From: a virus
Length of the DNA stretch: 64,000 nt
Strand: one strand, 5' to 3'
Virus record (IMG/VR): IMGVR_UViG_3300044213_000060
Span: 1 to 64,000 of that record
Shown here: positions 59,739 to 64,000 of the stretch, piece after piece
How the letters are laid out: each line of letters opens with the position of its first letter
Position numbering within the stretch: position 1 is the stretch's first letter
Translations under genes and position numbers: made by a program
The notes under the pieces: model-generated
What the model saw: only the letters and a program-made list of their open reading frames with translations
What the model was told of the DNA's origin: nothing
The model's database searches: none

Positions 59739-60450
59739 TAGTTTTATTTTTGGAAATGAATTAACAGATTGGCAATTAAATAAATCAACGCCAAGTAAAT
59801 TTACATTTCCTGCGCTAATTGCAGATTATCTAAGGTTAGATTATTCATGTTGTGCAATACCAGGAAATGCCAATGATGCTATTGCAAGAATGACCATAGA
59901 TAGATGCGAAATGCTGTTAAACGAAGGCAAACAAGTTGCAGTGATAGTCGCTTGGACTTTCCCGGAAAGATTTGAATTTCCCTTTGAATTTGAAATTAAC
60001 AGCCCTATTAGCCCATGGTCAAGCATTACTGTAAATGATCTAATCAATAAACCTGAAACAAGAAGTTTTGCACGAGAGTTTTATAAAAATATTAATTCTG
60101 GTTGGTTTGCAGAATACAATACAGTAAAAAACATAATTATGCTAGAACAATATTTAAAATCGAAAAATATCAATTATGTTTTTACTGTTGCAGACAACAT
60201 ACTTTTAAAAAATCGAAACGATCAAGCATTAAAACCCTATTGGGATTTAATAGATTTTGATTCTTGGTTTCTATTTCCTGCGGCAACAGAGCCACATAAT
60301 ACTGTAACACCAAGAGGTTTTTACCAATGGGCTCAAGAGAATAAATATCCAGTAGGCCCTGATCAACATCCACTTGAGCAAGCACATCAAATAGCCGCCA
60401 CACTAATCCAGGAGAAATTTAATGAAATGGTTAAAAAATCTGTACAATAA
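59716..60450 (+). CDS. SGNH/GDSL-hydrolase-like protein
   Basis: N-terminal GDSF, G.AN, WT..ERFE and C-terminal HPLEQAH. Confidence 0.65.
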   Translation: MILVAGGDSFIFGNELTDWQLNKSTPSKFTFPALIADYLRLDYSCCAIPGNANDAIARMTIDRCEMLLNEGKQVAVIVAWTFPERFEFPFEFEINSPISPWSSITVNDLINKPETRSFAREFYKNINSGWFAEYNTVKNIIMLEQYLKSKNINYVFTVADNILLKNRNDQALKPYWDLIDFDSWFLFPAATEPHNTVTPRGFYQWAQENKYPVGPDQHPLEQAHQIAATLIQEKFNEMVKKSVQ

Positions 60451-60523
60451 AATTGTACTGGAAATTCGCTATCGTAAAAAACTACGAGAACTACGCAAAA
60501 GAGATCCGTTTATTTACAAATGA
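60422..60523 (+). CDS. 33-aa basic peptide (not in ORF track)
   Basis: MKWLKNLYNKIVLEIRYRKKLRELRKRDPFIYK; GGAG SD upstream; its stop overlaps the next start (ATGA). Confidence 0.7.
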   Translation: MKWLKNLYNKIVLEIRYRKKLRELRKRDPFIYK

Positions 60524-61182
60524 TTCAAAGTATTTTAACAATCGGTGATAGCTTTACCTACGGTGAAGAATTAGATAATCGGGAACATGCCTGGCCTTAT
60601 TATCTTGCACGAGGACTAAAAGCCGATGTAGTAAATTTAGGTCAGCCCAGTGCCGGCAACACCGGAATGGTTCGCAAGGCCATGAGTTATAGTGTAACCG
60701 ATGCTCCTGTGGACCTAGTTATAGTAGCATGGTCGAGTGCAGGACGCATGGAGTTTGCTGACGAAAATGGCACCTATGATATATGGCCCGGGTATCTTGG
60801 CGGTAAGTTTACAAGAGACGATCAACTCTGGAGATTTGAAATATTAGAATATATCAACAAATATCATAGTCCAGAATATTTGTTCCAACAATATCTCGTA
60901 AACATAATATCATTGCAGAGTTTTTTCAAAGCTAACAATCAACGATATCTAATGTTAGATATTGTTGGGCGAGACTACTATAAAAATACATATACAACAC
61001 GCATGCCTCAATTGGCAGGAATGGTTGACCCTACATATTTTATTGGGTGGCCCAATGATGGCATGGCAGAATGGACACAAGGATGTAGACGTGGCTCAGG
61101 TGGGCATTTTCTAGAAGATGGTCACAAGAAAGTGACTGCAAAAATTTATGAACATATTCGGAATCTCGGCTGGATTTCATGA
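60520..61182 (+). CDS. SGNH/GDSL-hydrolase-like protein
   Basis: GDSFTYG, NLGQPSAGN, WS...RME and GHFLEDGH. Confidence 0.7.
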   Translation: MIQSILTIGDSFTYGEELDNREHAWPYYLARGLKADVVNLGQPSAGNTGMVRKAMSYSVTDAPVDLVIVAWSSAGRMEFADENGTYDIWPGYLGGKFTRDDQLWRFEILEYINKYHSPEYLFQQYLVNIISLQSFFKANNQRYLMLDIVGRDYYKNTYTTRMPQLAGMVDPTYFIGWPNDGMAEWTQGCRRGSGGHFLEDGHKKVTAKIYEHIRNLGWIS

Positions 61183-62662
61183 TGCAGCCATAACAGTATT
61201 GCAGGACAACAAAATTGTCTTTGCAGGGCACGCTGAACGATACAGCAAAAGAAAAAACGATGCTAATCTCAATGACGATCTTGTTGCAGATGCTTTATCT
61301 TATGGCAATCCAGATCAAATAGTGTACTACGAACGTCCTTGGATTAAGAAATTACAACAACTATATTCGGGACAGTACAATGAAGCTGCAAATTTTGATA
61401 ATTTTACTATTGGTCAGCATATTCGCAAATATATACATGTTCCTGTTCATCAGGAGCGACTACTATCTTGCCCTAGACGAAATATGTCCCATCATTTATC
61501 ACACGCTGCCGCGGGATTCCAAACAAGTCCTTACCAAAAAGCCACAGTTGTGGTTATAGATGCTATCGGTGAATTAGATACCGTTAGTATTTACGGTGCA
61601 GAGTATGTTAATGGGCGGGCTCAGTATCGAAAACTATGGGGACAACGTTATCCACATAGCATAGGATTATTTTATAGTGCAATGACACAAGCAGTTGGAT
61701 TAAAGCCTAACGAAGAAGAATATATAATGATGGGCATGAGTGCATATGGTACTGATGCTGTAATCACAGATGGGCTATCTACGGTTATAAAAAATAAATT
61801 TGTTGCAGACGAATATGCAATTGAATTTAAGGAAAACTTACATGCAGGTGCTGATTTGCATCCATTTGATTATTTAGAAAAAGAAGATATTGCTTATGGT
61901 GCACAACGATTAGCTGAACGTTTGATATACAATGTTATGCATCGTGCTAAGATGTTCGACTTTAGTTCAAACTTGGTTTATATGGGCGGTGTGGCACTTA
62001 ACTGTTTAGCAAATAGAAACTTAGGAGATTATTTTGATAATATATGGATTATGCCTAATCCTGGTGATGCTGGCAGTAGCCTGGGCGCTGCCGCCCTTGC
62101 TTATGGCGGTCCTCTTGTGTGGCGCGATGCTTACCTTGGGACTAATATTGCCGGTGACTATCCTGTTAATGGATTGTTGGATACTTTACTCACTGAAAAA
62201 ATTGTCGGAGTTGCCTCGGGACGAGCAGAATTCGGGCCCAGGGCACTAGGCAATCGTAGTTTGTTAGCGGACCCAAGAGGGCCAGATATAAAGGATCGTG
62301 TAAATGAAATTAAACGAAGACAAAAATTTCGACCTTTTGCCCCAGTTATTCTGGAAGAGATGGTTGATGAGTACTTTGATGTTCCTCGTGGTTGGAGTGA
62401 CAGCAGGTATATGCAGCTCGTCGGTAAGTGTAGGCGTCCTGACTTATTTCCTGCTATCGTTCACGTGGATGGGACTAGTCGTATTCAGACCGTTCCACAA
62501 GATGGATCAGGAATAAGACAACTGTTAGAAAAATGGTATGTAATGACAGATTGCCCAATGTTGTTAAATACTAGTTTGAACATACGCGGAGAACCTATGG
62601 TTAATGACCGCGCAGATGCTGATAGATTTGAAAAAATGTATAACGTAAAGGTATGTAGTTAA
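61148..62662 (+). CDS. Carbamoyltransferase (NodU/CmcH family)
   Basis: HDAA, ERYS, HHLSHAAA, GGVALNC, PGDAG, EFGPRALGNRS, FRPFAP, HVDGTSRIQTV and LNTSLN. Confidence 0.95.
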   Translation: MNIFGISAGFHDAAITVLQDNKIVFAGHAERYSKRKNDANLNDDLVADALSYGNPDQIVYYERPWIKKLQQLYSGQYNEAANFDNFTIGQHIRKYIHVPVHQERLLSCPRRNMSHHLSHAAAGFQTSPYQKATVVVIDAIGELDTVSIYGAEYVNGRAQYRKLWGQRYPHSIGLFYSAMTQAVGLKPNEEEYIMMGMSAYGTDAVITDGLSTVIKNKFVADEYAIEFKENLHAGADLHPFDYLEKEDIAYGAQRLAERLIYNVMHRAKMFDFSSNLVYMGGVALNCLANRNLGDYFDNIWIMPNPGDAGSSLGAAALAYGGPLVWRDAYLGTNIAGDYPVNGLLDTLLTEKIVGVASGRAEFGPRALGNRSLLADPRGPDIKDRVNEIKRRQKFRPFAPVILEEMVDEYFDVPRGWSDSRYMQLVGKCRRPDLFPAIVHVDGTSRIQTVPQDGSGIRQLLEKWYVMTDCPMLLNTSLNIRGEPMVNDRADADRFEKMYNVKVCS

Positions 62663-62983
62663 ATGACTCACTTAGTCACAGATAATTGTATTAAATGTAA
62701 ACACACAGATTGTGTAGATGTGTGCCCGGTAGATTGTTTTTATGAAGGACCTAATTTTTTAGCAATCAACCCTGATGAATGTATTGATTGTGCAGTATGT
62801 ATTCCCGAATGTCCGGTTAATGCAATTAAAGCCGAAGAAGATGTACCGGATCGAGACATATGGTTTGATATTAACAAAAGATTAAGTGCAAAATGGCCCA
62901 ATATCAAACGCAGTAAAGAATCATTGCCGGATGCCGACGAATGGAACGGTCGGCCCAATAAGTTGCCGTTATTAGAAGAATGA
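62663..62983 (+). CDS. fdxA: 7Fe ferredoxin (FdxA-type)
   Basis: [17 protein letters not shown] and [12 protein letters not shown]. Confidence 0.93.
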   Translation: MTHLVTDNCIKCKHTDCVDVCPVDCFYEGPNFLAINPDECIDCAVCIPECPVNAIKAEEDVPDRDIWFDINKRLSAKWPNIKRSKESLPDADEWNGRPNKLPLLEE

Positions 62984-63723
62984 CGTTGGAAAATAATTTA
63001 TATTATACCAACAAAGAAAAAAATATATTTTTTGTTGGAGATAGTTTTTGCGCAAGCTATAATAGAGAATTATTTCATAAATTAGGATCTCGTAATTCTC
63101 AATACGGCAAAAATAATTCTTACATAGACTTAGTAGCAAGGCATTTTAACTGTATTTTACAACCTCATGGTTATGGTGGAAAAAGTTGGTGGTGGTCAAG
63201 AGTTAGATTTTATAGAGATTTAGAGTCCATAGATCTAAATTCAATTTTTGCTATAGTATTTTGTCATACTGATCACAAAAGAATAAACAATTCTTGGAAT
63301 GATAATAATGAACTACAACATCCAGATCTATCGTCAGAAGCCAAAATTTTTTACAAATATTATTACGACAACGAGTTCAACAAATGGGCATGCGAAAATT
63401 GGTTTAAAGAAATCAACGAAAAATTTGCAGATGTAAAGACCGTGCATTTTAATTGTTTTCGGGATACAGTTGAATTGTCGCGTCAATTAAACGGTGTAGT
63501 AATTAACACTCCTCTTATAGATTTAAGTCTTAAAGAGTTTCCGACATCTACTAATATACGGAAAATGATACTAAATGACAAAAGAACTAATCATTTTAGT
63601 TCGAGAAATAATCAAGTGTTAGCCAATTATATTATTAGACATTTAGAAAACTATACACCTGGTCAATATGAATTGAATTTGTCAGATTTTGAACTTCGAG
63701 GATTATCTAATACATGGGAATAA
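62980..63723 (+). CDS. SGNH-like protein (AT-rich)
   Basis: FVGDSFC, G.GG.S and C-terminal NHFS..NN. Confidence 0.55.
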   Translation: MTLENNLYYTNKEKNIFFVGDSFCASYNRELFHKLGSRNSQYGKNNSYIDLVARHFNCILQPHGYGGKSWWWSRVRFYRDLESIDLNSIFAIVFCHTDHKRINNSWNDNNELQHPDLSSEAKIFYKYYYDNEFNKWACENWFKEINEKFADVKTVHFNCFRDTVELSRQLNGVVINTPLIDLSLKEFPTSTNIRKMILNDKRTNHFSSRNNQVLANYIIRHLENYTPGQYELNLSDFELRGLSNTWE

Positions 63724-63727
63724 TAAA

Positions 63728-64000
63728 ATGACACGAAAAATATTAGTAATGGGTTTACCGGGTTCAGGTAAAACAACATTCAGTCAAAACTTAGTTAAAC
63801 GACTTATGCTGTCGCATAGTGTAAGTTGGTATAATGCCGACAGTGTGCGTGAACAGTTTGACGACTGGGATTTTAGTCCAGAAGGTCGTGCACGACAAGT
63901 TCAACGCATGATTGATTTATCAAACAATTCAGGCAGTGATTTTGCTGTCTGCGACTTTGTTTGCCCTACAGATGAATTGCGCCAAGAGTTCGATGCTGAC
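63728..64000 (+). CDS. Adenylyl-sulfate-kinase-like P-loop protein (partial; not in ORF track)
   Basis: Hand translation MTRKILVMGLPGSGKTT...NADSVR...DWDFSPEGRARQ...DFVCP, a CysC-like pattern. Confidence 0.65.
   Translation, partial: MTRKILVMGLPGSGKTTFSQNLVKRLMLSHSVSWYNADSVREQFDDWDFSPEGRARQVQRMIDLSNNSGSDFAVCDFVCPTDELRQEFDAD

Noticed and set aside
1-64000. Alternative genetic code (stop-codon reassignment)
   Set aside because: The standard code gives full-length, densely packed genes, including a 4244-aa ORF.

Overview
This window is part of a large, AT-rich, distantly T4-like (myovirus/jumbo-type) phage genome read in the standard genetic code. 1-6.6 kb holds head and tail assembly genes: an acidic scaffold-like ORF, a gp20-like portal, a tape-measure-like protein ending in an M15 peptidase, and gp26/gp51-like hub proteins. 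6.6-13.2 kb holds apt plus MTA/SAH nucleosidase, a ~420-nt highly structured non-coding region directly behind a DenA-like GIY-YIG nuclease, gp46/gp47 (Rad50/Mre11) separated by two AT-rich genes (one sulfotransferase-like), and a gp55-like late sigma factor. 13.2-44.1 kb is a baseplate/tail module with gp53-, gp5-, gp25- and gp6-like genes, a 4244-aa structural protein, fibre proteins and an embedded S53 sedolisin protease. 44.1-64 kb is a tightly coupled ~20-kb biosynthetic-type operon behind a perfect sigma70 promoter. It encodes three glycosyltransferase-like proteins, eight tandem radical-SAM enzymes with N-terminal Twitch/SPASM-like domains, three SGNH-like proteins, an unannotated 33-aa peptide, a carbamoyltransferase, a 7Fe ferredoxin and an APS-kinase-like protein, with one inserted GIY-YIG homing endonuclease. 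The two best candidates for undescribed systems are the radical-SAM/glycosyl-tailoring operon (with apparent electron supply and by-product salvage) and the nuclease-linked pseudoknotted ncRNA. All calls come from motif reading and recall of protein families; no database searches were run.
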